Source: a virus (lineage: Duplodnaviria; Caudoviricetes). Taken from it: DNA of 54,913 nucleotides. Shown here in pieces: positions 27,607 through 36,196 of this stretch. Under the pieces are notes generated by a model that was given only the letters and a program-made list of their open reading frames with translations, did no database searches and was not told the origin of the DNA. Both the position numbers and the translations under genes were made by a program. Location: IMG/VR virus record IMGVR_UViG_3300025131_000048, positions 1 through 54,913 of that record; one strand, 5' to 3'. The first letter of the stretch is position 1, and every line of letters begins with the position of its first letter.

Positions 27607-28416
27607 GTGCCCAATTGGACGCGGAACATAGTTTTTATATTCACGATACTCGCGTCATCGTGCACCGTTTCCTCACCCACCTCTACCCAATTAGATAAAG
27701 AATCCGGATTTTCTTCGGGCCCCACGCACATAGTTGATTCTGCGTTGGAGACCATGGAGGTCTCCAATCTAACCCTTGCAGAAAAAAAGAGCCGCTCTAG
27801 CGCCGTGCGTGTCGTACGCCCCTTCTCCGAAGGACACGGATCTGGCACCTACATGAAGATGCACGGACGCCTTGTGGTGGTCACTGCTGCTCATGTGGTG
27901 GAGGGCTACACTGTTATGTTTCTTCGCGAAGCGGACGGTACCCAATCTGCAGCGCGCGTCATATATAAGGATGACGAAGCCGACATAGCGGTTCTTCAGG
28001 CTCCCGAATTAAAAAGCAGGGTCGCCATTCCTTACCGCCCCAAGAAGAATGATAAAAACCTTTTGGGCGCGTACGTGAGCTACACCGGTTTTCCGGGTCG
28101 CCACGAGTTAATCACCATCCGCGGTCACGTCGCCAGCTTAGAGCGCAATATGATAGTGATCAATATGTTCGGGTGGTTTGGAGCATCTGGGTCGGGGGTT
28201 TTTGATCGAGAAGGGAGATTTCTGGGCGTTGTATCAGCAATCGACGTGGGAAACATAGGAGTTCCCATTCCTTTGGATAGCATAGTGTGGGTAGCCCCGG
28301 CATGGGATATCGACGAAGAAACACTTAAAATTCGTGTCGTCACGGCTCCTCCCTTAACGGCGTTTAATTCTTTTCCGGGCGCCCCCGCTCCCCGAAGGGG
28401 AGGACCGAGGGACTGA
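27607..28416 (+). CDS. Trypsin-like (S1) serine protease, exported or lipoprotein
   Basis: TAAHVV, DIAVL and GASGSG catalytic triad; signal peptide ending LASSC. Confidence 0.85.
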   Translation: MPNWTRNIVFIFTILASSCTVSSPTSTQLDKESGFSSGPTHIVDSALETMEVSNLTLAEKKSRSSAVRVVRPFSEGHGSGTYMKMHGRLVVVTAAHVVEGYTVMFLREADGTQSAARVIYKDDEADIAVLQAPELKSRVAIPYRPKKNDKNLLGAYVSYTGFPGRHELITIRGHVASLERNMIVINMFGWFGASGSGVFDREGRFLGVVSAIDVGNIGVPIPLDSIVWVAPAWDIDEETLKIRVVTAPPLTAFNSFPGAPAPRRGGPRD

Positions 28417-28418
28417 CC

Positions 28419-29420
28419 ATGAGACGCTTCCCTTTCATCCTGGTATTATTAATGCTGATTGGGTGTGACGGTGGCGACTACACAATATACGATCAGAGCC
28501 CTCCCCAAATTATTGAAGTCGAAGTCATCGTTGAGGTCCCGGTCGAAGTACCAGTGGAGGTGCTGGTACCGAGTGAAGGGGGGGATGTTTGGATTGATTC
28601 GTTTGAGCAGCCGTTCACCATGGACGGAATCGATATCATTTGGTTAATAGATCGGTCTGGCTCCATGAATTCTTTTACCAACGATGTCATACTAGGTATC
28701 GAGTCCATGATGAACGCCTTGCCGCCGGGAGGGTGGAGGCTTGGAATAGCAACCACCTCTCGCACAGCTTCCATAAATGTATCAGAGTTTCCTCTGGTCC
28801 CTGGAGATACGGTGCAGGATGCGTGGGATGCTTATAACAATTTATCTATCTACGGACACGAGGCTGGCTTTGATTCTCTTATAGGCTATCTCGACCACAA
28901 CTCTTACAACTCGACGTGGCTGCGTCCCGACGCTGGCCTCCTTGTGGTTTTTGTCAGTGATGAAGAGGAACAAAGCAACCAATACGTTAGCTCTCCACAA
29001 CAGTTCATAAATTGGTACCAAGTCCAAAGAAGTTCTGTTTTCATGGCAAGCATTGTTAATGTTCCGGCCGATGAGTCCGTGTGCCCGAATCCTCCGCACG
29101 CCATAAACGTAGGCGATGGATATATAGAAGCAACAAACTATTTTGGAGGAGTAGTGGTAGATATCTGCTCAGAGGATTGGTCGCCCGGTGTCCAAGCCGC
29201 GACGGCCCAGGTAGAGCCTCATGAAGAATGGGAACTTACCTACACTCCCATGGAAGATACCATTATAGTTTTTGTAAATTTTGTAGAATTTGAAGATTGG
29301 ACTTACAATTCTGCCACAAATAGTGTAGAATTTGATGTGATACCTCCGGAAGGCTCATTAGTCGAGATAGGATATGTTATTGACTACGGCGATGGCGACG
29401 ACGACGATTCCGGAAATTAA
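28419..29420 (+). CDS. VWA-domain lipoprotein
   Basis: Lipobox LIGC; MIDAS DRSGSM; FVSDEEEQS; VEVP repeats. Confidence 0.8.
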   Translation: MRRFPFILVLLMLIGCDGGDYTIYDQSPPQIIEVEVIVEVPVEVPVEVLVPSEGGDVWIDSFEQPFTMDGIDIIWLIDRSGSMNSFTNDVILGIESMMNALPPGGWRLGIATTSRTASINVSEFPLVPGDTVQDAWDAYNNLSIYGHEAGFDSLIGYLDHNSYNSTWLRPDAGLLVVFVSDEEEQSNQYVSSPQQFINWYQVQRSSVFMASIVNVPADESVCPNPPHAINVGDGYIEATNYFGGVVVDICSEDWSPGVQAATAQVEPHEEWELTYTPMEDTIIVFVNFVEFEDWTYNSATNSVEFDVIPPEGSLVEIGYVIDYGDGDDDDSGN

Positions 29421-29440
29421 TTTTACGAAAAGAGGAACTC

Positions 29441-29641
29441 ATGAAATCTTTAGATATGTTTGAGATCACACAGAACAATTATATTAAAAACCCCTTCCCC
29501 TTGGCGCTCGATGCACAAAAACGTTTATTAGAATTAATCTATAATCGAAAGTCAGGTATAATTACTAGACAGGAGTTAATAGATGTTCTCTTTAGTCCGG
29601 AAGACGCTAGCAAAGGCACGTTCATTCAAAACTCTCTTTGA
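29441..29641 (+). CDS. Hypothetical protein
   Basis: GAGG SD; 66 aa. Confidence 0.5.
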   Translation: MKSLDMFEITQNNYIKNPFPLALDAQKRLLELIYNRKSGIITRQELIDVLFSPEDASKGTFIQNSL

Positions 29642-29819
29642 GAGAGTAGAAGAACTGGAGCGCCGCCTTGGCACCCTCGAAAACATTTCAGAGGAATACG
29701 ACGCCCTGAAAGGCCTCATGGAGGAGTCTGCGCGACATGAAGAGGAGGTGTACCAAATACTCCAGCAAGAGCTGGACGATGCTCTTTTGCGTAAAATAAA
29801 ACCGTGGGGAGAGGCCTAA
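29583..29819 (+). CDS. Hypothetical coiled-coil protein
   Basis: AGGAG SD; abuts the next gene. Confidence 0.6.
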   Translation: MFSLVRKTLAKARSFKTLFERVEELERRLGTLENISEEYDALKGLMEESARHEEEVYQILQQELDDALLRKIKPWGEA

Positions 29820-30569
29820 GTGAAAACCGTATATCTCTTCGATGTTGACGGTACCCTCACCCCTTCTCGACAAGAGATAGATGAGGAGTTTGCTAGCGTT
29901 TTTCTAGACTGGGCCGAAAGGGATTCAAAGGAAATCTATCTTGTGAGCGGCAGCGATATCAAAAAAATTAAGCAGCAGCTATTTGGGGCCTTTCTGGATA
30001 GATTGGCCGGCATCTTCTGTTGCACCGCGAATGAGCTTTATAGGAAAGATAAGCTCGTATATGAAAATAAATTTACAGCTCCGGCCCAACTTCTTGAAGA
30101 TTTGGAAATATATTTAAGCGAAGCACAATATCATATTAAAACCGGAAACCACATTGAGCAACGCCCCGGGATGATAAATTTTAGTGTGGTGGGGAGAAAT
30201 GCCACCCTGTCACAACGAGAAGCATATACTAAGTGGGATGAGGATGTTCGCGAGAGAGAAGATGTGGTTGTCTATATAACTGAGAATTATCCCGAGCTTG
30301 ACGCGTCGATTGGGGGAGCCACCAGCGTGGACATATACCCTCTAGGGAGAGACAAATCCCAAGTGGTTCAGTACTTGAAAGATTACTACAAAGAAGAAAT
30401 ATCTATGGTATTCTTAGGAGATAAAAATATTCCCGGCGGCAATGACTATCCATTGGCGATGGCTCTGGAGGAAGATCCCAACTCTCATTGGTTTCAGGTG
30501 ACAAGTTATGAAGAAACAAGGGCCTTTATCGAATACTCAAAACTATTTATTGGAGAGGGGGGCGTTTAA
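29820..30569 (+). CDS. HAD-IIB phosphomannomutase (eukaryotic PMM-like)
   Basis: FDVDGTLTPSR, IEQRPGMINFS..GRNA, SIGG..SVDIYP.G.DK, FLGDK..PGGNDY. Confidence 0.88.
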   Translation: MKTVYLFDVDGTLTPSRQEIDEEFASVFLDWAERDSKEIYLVSGSDIKKIKQQLFGAFLDRLAGIFCCTANELYRKDKLVYENKFTAPAQLLEDLEIYLSEAQYHIKTGNHIEQRPGMINFSVVGRNATLSQREAYTKWDEDVREREDVVVYITENYPELDASIGGATSVDIYPLGRDKSQVVQYLKDYYKEEISMVFLGDKNIPGGNDYPLAMALEEDPNSHWFQVTSYEETRAFIEYSKLFIGEGGV

Positions 30570-31111
30570 TGAAAAATCTTTTTACAGAGTGGCGTACTTT
30601 TTTAACTGAGAAAAAAGATGACCCCAACTACGATCAAGAAACGTATAATGCGTTTCTCTTGTTAGCCATTTCTAACGAGCGTGGAGGCAACCGAGATGAA
30701 ATTAAAAATGATATACGTGCCATTGAAGATATATTAACGGTTACTCCCGTTGAGGCCTCCGACGGCGGTATACAAAAGAACTTAGGAGACTATTTTCTTT
30801 CTACAATGAAATTAAGGATACGTCTCCCTAGCGGCATAGAACGGGAAAGGCTAACCCAAGAGATAGTTAATGTGGTTAATAGAATGCGTGGTCTTACTGT
30901 TCGTCGCCATACATCCGAAAAGGGCACTGAATTGCGTGAGGAGTCTGACGAATATCCGGGGACTTTGCCGGCCTACGTTAAGGGCCACACACGCAAAAAG
31001 AAGCGATTGATAGGAAAAGGGGGACAGGCAAATAGTGCTCCCTATACTAAAAAACCCTCCTACAAAAGATCTAAATCTGCTCCTCTCGGTTTCGGCGGAT
31101 CCGAAGAATGA
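30569..31111 (+). CDS. Hypothetical protein with EW leader and basic tail
   Basis: MKNLFTEWRTFLTE; ACTATTTATTGGAG at 30542. Confidence 0.7.
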   Translation: MKNLFTEWRTFLTEKKDDPNYDQETYNAFLLLAISNERGGNRDEIKNDIRAIEDILTVTPVEASDGGIQKNLGDYFLSTMKLRIRLPSGIERERLTQEIVNVVNRMRGLTVRRHTSEKGTELREESDEYPGTLPAYVKGHTRKKKRLIGKGGQANSAPYTKKPSYKRSKSAPLGFGGSEE

Positions 31112-31851
31112 AAATTAAAATTAGGTCTCAGGCTCCTCTTCTGACTTCTTTTGAGATGCAGTCTACTTTAAATTCGTCCGTCTGGGACGACGGGGTAATG
31201 CGCCCTGCAGTTTCCCAAAGACTTCGACAGATAGCGGAAGAATTTATCGAAAAACTGGATATTCCCGGGCTAGAGATTATGGATATAATTCTTACAGGCT
31301 CGTTGGCCCACTACAATTGGTCCAAATATTCTGATCTAGATGTGCACATAATTGTTGACTTTAAAGCTATCAGCGATGACGAAGGGTTTGTAAAAAAGTA
31401 TTTTGACGCCGTCCGGTCGAACTGGAACCGAAGACATGATATCACCGTAAAGGGATTTGAAGTGGAACTGTATATACAGGACGACGATGAAAAGCATGAG
31501 TCAACAGGAATATATTCGTTGTTGCACAACGAGTGGCTAGCCAAGCCAATGCGCGAAGAACAAGTGATAAACAAAGCCGGCGTTCATAAAAAATCTAGAC
31601 ACCTGGTGAGAGAAATAGATAAAGTGGCAAACTTGTATGATAGTCAGAGATATGAGAAAGCCATAGAGCTGGGCAACCAACTAAAGAAAAAGATTAAGCG
31701 CATGCGGCAAAGCGGCCTTGAGCGCGCTGGTATATCTTCTACCGAGAATCTCGCATTTAAAGTATTGCGTAGAAGCGGTTATATGAAAAAGCTTTTTGAT
31801 ACTGTAAACGACGCTTATGACCGCAATAAATCTTTGGCGGAGCAAGAATAG
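31108..31851 (+). CDS. Pol-beta superfamily nucleotidyltransferase
   Basis: LTGSLA...SDLDVH...VELY (GS, DxD, third acidic residue). Confidence 0.8.
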   Translation: MKIKIRSQAPLLTSFEMQSTLNSSVWDDGVMRPAVSQRLRQIAEEFIEKLDIPGLEIMDIILTGSLAHYNWSKYSDLDVHIIVDFKAISDDEGFVKKYFDAVRSNWNRRHDITVKGFEVELYIQDDDEKHESTGIYSLLHNEWLAKPMREEQVINKAGVHKKSRHLVREIDKVANLYDSQRYEKAIELGNQLKKKIKRMRQSGLERAGISSTENLAFKVLRRSGYMKKLFDTVNDAYDRNKSLAEQE

Positions 31852-32236
31852 GTTGGAGCCTTTCGGCGCATCCATTGTTGTATTAAATGAAAAGAACGAA
31901 ATACTTTTACTTAAGAGAGTCGGCACGTGCAACTGGATGCCGGACAAGTGGGGCCTTCCGGGCGGTCTCATCGAAGCTAATGAAACCCATCACGCCGCTG
32001 CTTTGCGAGAAACATTTGAAGAAACAGAACTTAAAGTTGACCCGGCTAGCTTGGTGTTACTTTCTGTAGACAAAAAGGTTGCAATTTATTTTTCAATGGT
32101 GTATACTGGTGTAGTAAAGATTGATGAAGAGCATAGCGATTGGGCGTGGGTTAACCGAGAAAAGGTGACTACTTACGATACCGTTCCGCGAATTGCAGAG
32201 CTATTTGATAGGGCATTAAATTATGGCAAAAACTAA
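31817..32236 (+). CDS. Nudix hydrolase (start may be TTG at 31853)
   Basis: Nudix box GGLIEANETHHAAALRETFEET. Confidence 0.88.
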   Translation: MTAINLWRSKNRLEPFGASIVVLNEKNEILLLKRVGTCNWMPDKWGLPGGLIEANETHHAAALRETFEETELKVDPASLVLLSVDKKVAIYFSMVYTGVVKIDEEHSDWAWVNREKVTTYDTVPRIAELFDRALNYGKN

Positions 32237-32600
32237 ACAAAAAAAGACGGACGCCGCAGAGGCTGAAAATGGTACTCACGAAGAAGTATCCACGGAGCCC
32301 GAAGACCTAAAACCCAAGCGTCCCACAACTAAAGCGCCGGAGGGTATTAGAACATTTACTATCGCTCGGCAACATGATGAAACAGGTGTCTCCGGAGTGG
32401 GAGTGGTAATCGAAGGGGTGGTACTCGCTACCGGGCAAACCATTATTCATTGGCTCACTCCTGCTCCTCGCGGAGCGTTAGCAATTTTTGATTCAATGGC
32501 TGATTTTGCCAAAATTCATATACGTCCCCATCCTGACAATGCGAGCATTCTCACGTGGGACGACGGCGAACAAGATGTATTCGGAAATTTACCTGAATAG
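32223..32600 (+). CDS. Hypothetical phage protein
   Basis: RQHDETGVSGVGVVIEGV. Confidence 0.65.
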   Translation: MAKTKQKKTDAAEAENGTHEEVSTEPEDLKPKRPTTKAPEGIRTFTIARQHDETGVSGVGVVIEGVVLATGQTIIHWLTPAPRGALAIFDSMADFAKIHIRPHPDNASILTWDDGEQDVFGNLPE

Positions 32601-32608
32601 GTATCCTT

Positions 32609-32819
32609 GATGTCTGGAAAGAAAACCGATCGCACCTCCGAGTTGGAATGTGGGAACATAGTACTCCACTCGCCAGGAGGCGACCACATTTGTTTCGGGC
32701 CCGGCACCCTAATCAAAAAGAGGCCTCCCCAAATATGGGAGGTTAAATTTTTTGATGGGAGGGAATTTGAAATGGTACACTGGAGCCTAAAAAAGATTAC
32801 AGACCCCTTGACAAAGTAG
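32609..32819 (+). CDS. Small SH3-like hypothetical protein
   Basis: CGNIV...GTLI...WEVKF...LKKI. Confidence 0.5.
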
Positions 32820-32836
32820 AGTTTTTCAGATAGAAT
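32808..32836 (+). promoter_or_regulatory. sigma70 promoter with leaderless start
   Basis: TTGACA-N17-TAGAAT-N6-ATG. Confidence 0.65.
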
Positions 32837-32842
32837 AGAAGA

Positions 32843-33043
32843 ATGAATAATAAACAAGTAGATCGCTATACCAAACGATGGTTCGCTGCCCAACGAGGCG
32901 AGACGATCATAGATCCGGGAGTAGACTCCTACACTGAGAGGTGGTTTAAAACTCCCTCGACAACAGCTTATGCGTGCGATGTGGAATCAGTATTCCCCTA
33001 TATGCAGCAACGACTTAAAGAAATGAGTGATGAAAAAGATTAA
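32843..33043 (+). CDS. Hypothetical protein with internal VDxYTxRWF repeat
   Basis: VDRYTKRWF and VDSYTERWF. Confidence 0.6.
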   Translation: MNNKQVDRYTKRWFAAQRGETIIDPGVDSYTERWFKTPSTTAYACDVESVFPYMQQRLKEMSDEKD

Positions 33044-33203
33044 GGCCTTTATTACAAAACTATTAAAACAGTGCCCCGGGCATCATTCGCGAAATTGTGA
33101 TACAATTAGCAGGAAATGCAGCGATTGCATCCTTCGAGTTGATCACTCCGGTAAGTGTGAAGACGCATGGGGATATTGCTGGGAAAAGGGCGACAGCCTG
33201 TAG
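33030..33203 (+). CDS. Small Cys/His-rich protein (57 aa, not in the ORF track)
   Basis: Six Cys; overlaps the upstream gene. Confidence 0.45.
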   Translation: MKKIKAFITKLLKQCPGHHSRNCDTISRKCSDCILRVDHSGKCEDAWGYCWEKGDSL

Positions 33204-33213
33204 GGGCTTTTAA

Positions 33214-33321
33214 ATGACTTGTTTGGGGTCGTTAGTAGGGTTCTTTTTCATCCTGTTGTTCTTTTGTGGCCCAGCGGCCCTTGCGCTAGCGGCACGTATG
33301 TATGATAAGTACGACTCTTAA
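33214..33321 (+). CDS. Small membrane peptide (35 aa)
   Basis: LVGFFFILLFFCG. Confidence 0.35.
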   Translation: MTCLGSLVGFFFILLFFCGPAALALAARMYDKYDS

Positions 33322-33502
33322 GGCGGGCGAGAAGGTAAGGATTAGGCGTCTAAGGTCGTGGGGAATATGCGAGGTTCTTAAAAAAGAAATTGACTGCAGT
33401 TACGAGAAAGACATAAATAAAAACACAAGACTACAAATGTTGATGCGCTATGAAGAAGTAGACTGTGGCCCGTTACCTCCCAAAAATTTGTTTGACAAAT
33501 AA
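33302..33502 (+). CDS. Small SH3-like hypothetical protein
   Basis: LKAGEKVRI...GICEV. Confidence 0.5.
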   Translation: MISTTLKAGEKVRIRRLRSWGICEVLKKEIDCSYEKDINKNTRLQMLMRYEEVDCGPLPPKNLFDK

Positions 33503-33519
33503 TATTCAATGATTATAAT
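33492..33519 (+). promoter_or_regulatory. sigma70 promoter for hsp20, overlapping a late-type TAATTATAGT motif
   Basis: TTGACA-N16-TATAAT. Confidence 0.7.
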
Positions 33520-33587
33520 TATAGTGTAGGCAGATCCTTGCGACTGTCTACAGCTTTATACTAAGCATAGATAAAGGAGAAAACAAC

Positions 33588-34073
33588 ATGACAAGTATAA
33601 TCCGTAGAGGCGCTTTTCCTGCGCGCACAATTTCTAAGCGGGAACTCTTCAGTCCATTTGACGAGCTGATTAATTCTTTCTGGGGCGATATGTTCCCAGC
33701 CTTCCACAAAGAAGTCGGACAAGATTTCTTTCTTCAAGGAGGATACCCCAAAGTAAATGTTCTTACCTGGAATGATAAAATTGAGATTGAAGCAGCCATT
33801 CCAGGGTTGTCCAAAGAAAATGTGGACATCGAAATCAAAGATGGTATTTTGACCATCCGAGGGGATAGTAATCAGCGTTCTGGCGTAGAAGATTCTCAGT
33901 ATGCTCGACGGGAAGTGAAGCGTTCAGCTTTTGCTCGCTCGTTCCAGCTTGGTGATAATCTTGATCAAGCAAATGTTACGGCAGCCTATGAAAATGGAAT
34001 TTTGACTCTTACTGTTCCAAAGATGCATCCAACTGTGGAAGAATCTGTGGTAAGAAAGATTGAAATCAGCTAA
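33588..34073 (+). CDS. hsp20: Small heat-shock protein Hsp20
   Basis: YPKVN, AIPGLSKENVDI, FARSFQL, AAYENGILTLTVPK. Confidence 0.95.
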   Translation: MTSIIRRGAFPARTISKRELFSPFDELINSFWGDMFPAFHKEVGQDFFLQGGYPKVNVLTWNDKIEIEAAIPGLSKENVDIEIKDGILTIRGDSNQRSGVEDSQYARREVKRSAFARSFQLGDNLDQANVTAAYENGILTLTVPKMHPTVEESVVRKIEIS

Positions 34074-34182
34074 TTAAAGCGCTAATGAGATAACCCCGCT
34101 TTGTCGGGTGGATTTGATAGGTAGGTGGGACCTGTCGCCCTTCTCTTTTGGAGTCTCGCGACTATTTATATAGAGCAACTCT

Positions 34183-35856
34183 ATGCGCAGATTCAAAATA
34201 AAAATTAAGCGGCGCCTAACAGAAGGAAGAATTCTTCTTAATGAAATAACTTTTGCGTCTGCAGTTAATAATCTCGGCGCTAAAAAAATGCGAAAGGCTG
34301 TTCGTCGCTGGCACGATGAGCGGCCGCGATTCATGGTGACGGTGGCGGGAGGCCGGAGATTGGATCAGCTATCTCCCGAGGAAGAAGCCGAGTTTATACA
34401 GAACCGCGTGGGTCAGCTCAAAGACTGGCTGCTCGATATTGTACCCGAGGATTTAGAAGATAATCAGAAGGGCCTCGTCGTTACGTGGCTCGCTCGTCTC
34501 GCCCGAGATCTAGAAACGGGATATATGACCCAATTCTTAGAAGGCAACGCTCCTGGCCGCGACCCCTGGAGCGATTTTGAAATGTTTTTTCACTATCAAC
34601 AATTTATGGGTGAGAAAGATTTAAATAGAATCGCAGATCTGGACGAACTGTCTCAAGTTGTCCGAGCAGCCCGCCCCCAAATTGAGAAACACCAAGAAGG
34701 AAAAGACTATGGGGACGTATCAAAAGGAACAGAAGTTTTCCGCGATGATGACGAGTGGTTTATCGCCGCACTCCACAACAAGGGGGCCGCGTGTTCTTTC
34801 GGCAAAGGCACCGATTGGTGTACGGCTGCGCCGGGCCTAGATTATTTTGCAGACTACTACGAAGAAAACGATCCACTATTTTATTTCGAGGACCGCGATC
34901 CATCGGTTGCTTATCCGCGCAACCGCCCACCGGAGGACCTTGACACCGGGGACAGTCCACGCTACCAATTTCATTATGGCTCGCTACAATTTATGGACGA
35001 GAACGACAACCCGCTTGAACCCGACGATATGCACGCACTGCATCGTCGTCTGATGCAAACCAGGGCTCCCAATAAATATCCTATTATCAAGAAGTACGAC
35101 CGGAAAGTGAAAATAGAGCGCGAGGATACCTCTCCCGAGGAACTGCACCAACTGGTAGAGGATGACATGACCCACTATGAAGAACTCGTAGATATTGCCC
35201 TGCATAGTAATGTTTCGGAAGAATCTTTGAGAAAATTGATGGTAGTAGCTGACCCCGCAACTCCCGATTATGTTGGAGGCGGGGATCAACGCTATGCTAC
35301 CGCTCTTAAAGGTGCTGTTGCACGCAGAGCACACACCCCAGAGCTGCTTGAAGACTTATGGGAAATAACTAAATCTGCTGCCACCTCGGCAGCAGAAGAG
35401 ACGGAAAAACGTCTGCGTCGAGATCAAAAACATTACGAGGAAAAGTACGGTCCGAATTGGGCAGAGGAGAGATTGCCCCTCCAGTTAAGAATAGCCCGAG
35501 GTCAGTATGTTGCCGTGTGGAAATCAATAGCGTTTAACGCAAATGTTTCTAACGATCTTCTCAAACAAATAGCTGAGTACGATGGTGGAGAATATTTGAA
35601 AACTTTTGCAGCCGAGAAGATATTAGCCCGAGAAGAGGGGTTTGTCGGAGAGAAGGAATTGCGCCCCATCCAGATTCGCGGCCGCGTTGTCCGGCGAATA
35701 GCCGCCGAGGAGGACAGTCCAACTGCCGCTCGCTGGGACGAGGAAACCGCCCAGAACGCGCGCTCGCTCGTTCAGGGCCTCGGTGGCTTCGACCGCGACG
35801 ACCTCGACCTTGCTGAGTCAAAAATCTATGCTCAGTGGAAAAAAATCATAAATTAG
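34183..35856 (+). CDS. Hypothetical protein with L-x-E leader, G.GT.WCT (PcfJ-like) domain and LRV-like helical repeats
   Basis: ACTATTTATA at 34161; RLTEGRILLNE; AACSFGKGTDWCTA; C-terminal LAESKIYAQWKKII. Confidence 0.7.
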   Translation: MRRFKIKIKRRLTEGRILLNEITFASAVNNLGAKKMRKAVRRWHDERPRFMVTVAGGRRLDQLSPEEEAEFIQNRVGQLKDWLLDIVPEDLEDNQKGLVVTWLARLARDLETGYMTQFLEGNAPGRDPWSDFEMFFHYQQFMGEKDLNRIADLDELSQVVRAARPQIEKHQEGKDYGDVSKGTEVFRDDDEWFIAALHNKGAACSFGKGTDWCTAAPGLDYFADYYEENDPLFYFEDRDPSVAYPRNRPPEDLDTGDSPRYQFHYGSLQFMDENDNPLEPDDMHALHRRLMQTRAPNKYPIIKKYDRKVKIEREDTSPEELHQLVEDDMTHYEELVDIALHSNVSEESLRKLMVVADPATPDYVGGGDQRYATALKGAVARRAHTPELLEDLWEITKSAATSAAEETEKRLRRDQKHYEEKYGPNWAEERLPLQLRIARGQYVAVWKSIAFNANVSNDLLKQIAEYDGGEYLKTFAAEKILAREEGFVGEKELRPIQIRGRVVRRIAAEEDSPTAARWDEETAQNARSLVQGLGGFDRDDLDLAESKIYAQWKKIIN

Positions 35857-35858
35857 TG

Positions 35859-35887
35859 TTGACAAGCGGCGGGGCCTGTGGCATACT
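35859..35887 (+). promoter_or_regulatory. Early sigma70 promoter
   Basis: TTGACA-N17-CATACT. Confidence 0.65.
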
Positions 35888-35918
35888 ATAGCTACGATTG
35901 GATGATAGGAGTCGCCAA

Positions 35919-36158
35919 ATGAGTAAACCGAAGCCCGCCAAGTTGGGCGAGATCGACAAGCACGAAAATAAACTAGAAGTTTGGATTCAAGAATATAATG
36001 GGCACACTTACCTAGACGCCAGGGAGCGTTATCTCTGTAGAGAAACTAAAGAGTGGAAGCCAACCAAGAAGGGAATTACTCTCACAAGCGCCGACGAGGC
36101 CCAGAAGATTATTTCTCTTCTCAACGAGGGAGTTTCTAAGCTCGGTTGGGAAAAATAA
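35919..36158 (+). CDS. PC4/YdbC-like ssDNA-binding protein
   Basis: EYNG..YLDARE.Y...WKPTKKGITL; AGGAG SD. Confidence 0.8.
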   Translation: MSKPKPAKLGEIDKHENKLEVWIQEYNGHTYLDARERYLCRETKEWKPTKKGITLTSADEAQKIISLLNEGVSKLGWEK

Positions 36159-36161
36159 TCC

Positions 36162-36190
36162 TTGACAGACGCCCGTCATCATGATATGCT
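36162..36190 (+). promoter_or_regulatory. Early promoter, leaderless
   Basis: TTGACA-N17-TATGCT-N6-ATG. Confidence 0.65.
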
Positions 36191-36196
36191 ATAGGC

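Noticed and set aside
34074-34160. ncRNA after hsp20
   Set aside because: Only short hairpins (CCCG/CGGG, GATAGGT/ACCTGTC) are present, compatible with an ordinary terminator or 3' UTR.
1-35856. Bacterial chromosome origin (groEL, dnaE, purA, clpP)
   Set aside because: The gp32-like SSB, T4-like gene order, divergent unlinked homologues, single-strand coding and early mini-gene region indicate a phage.
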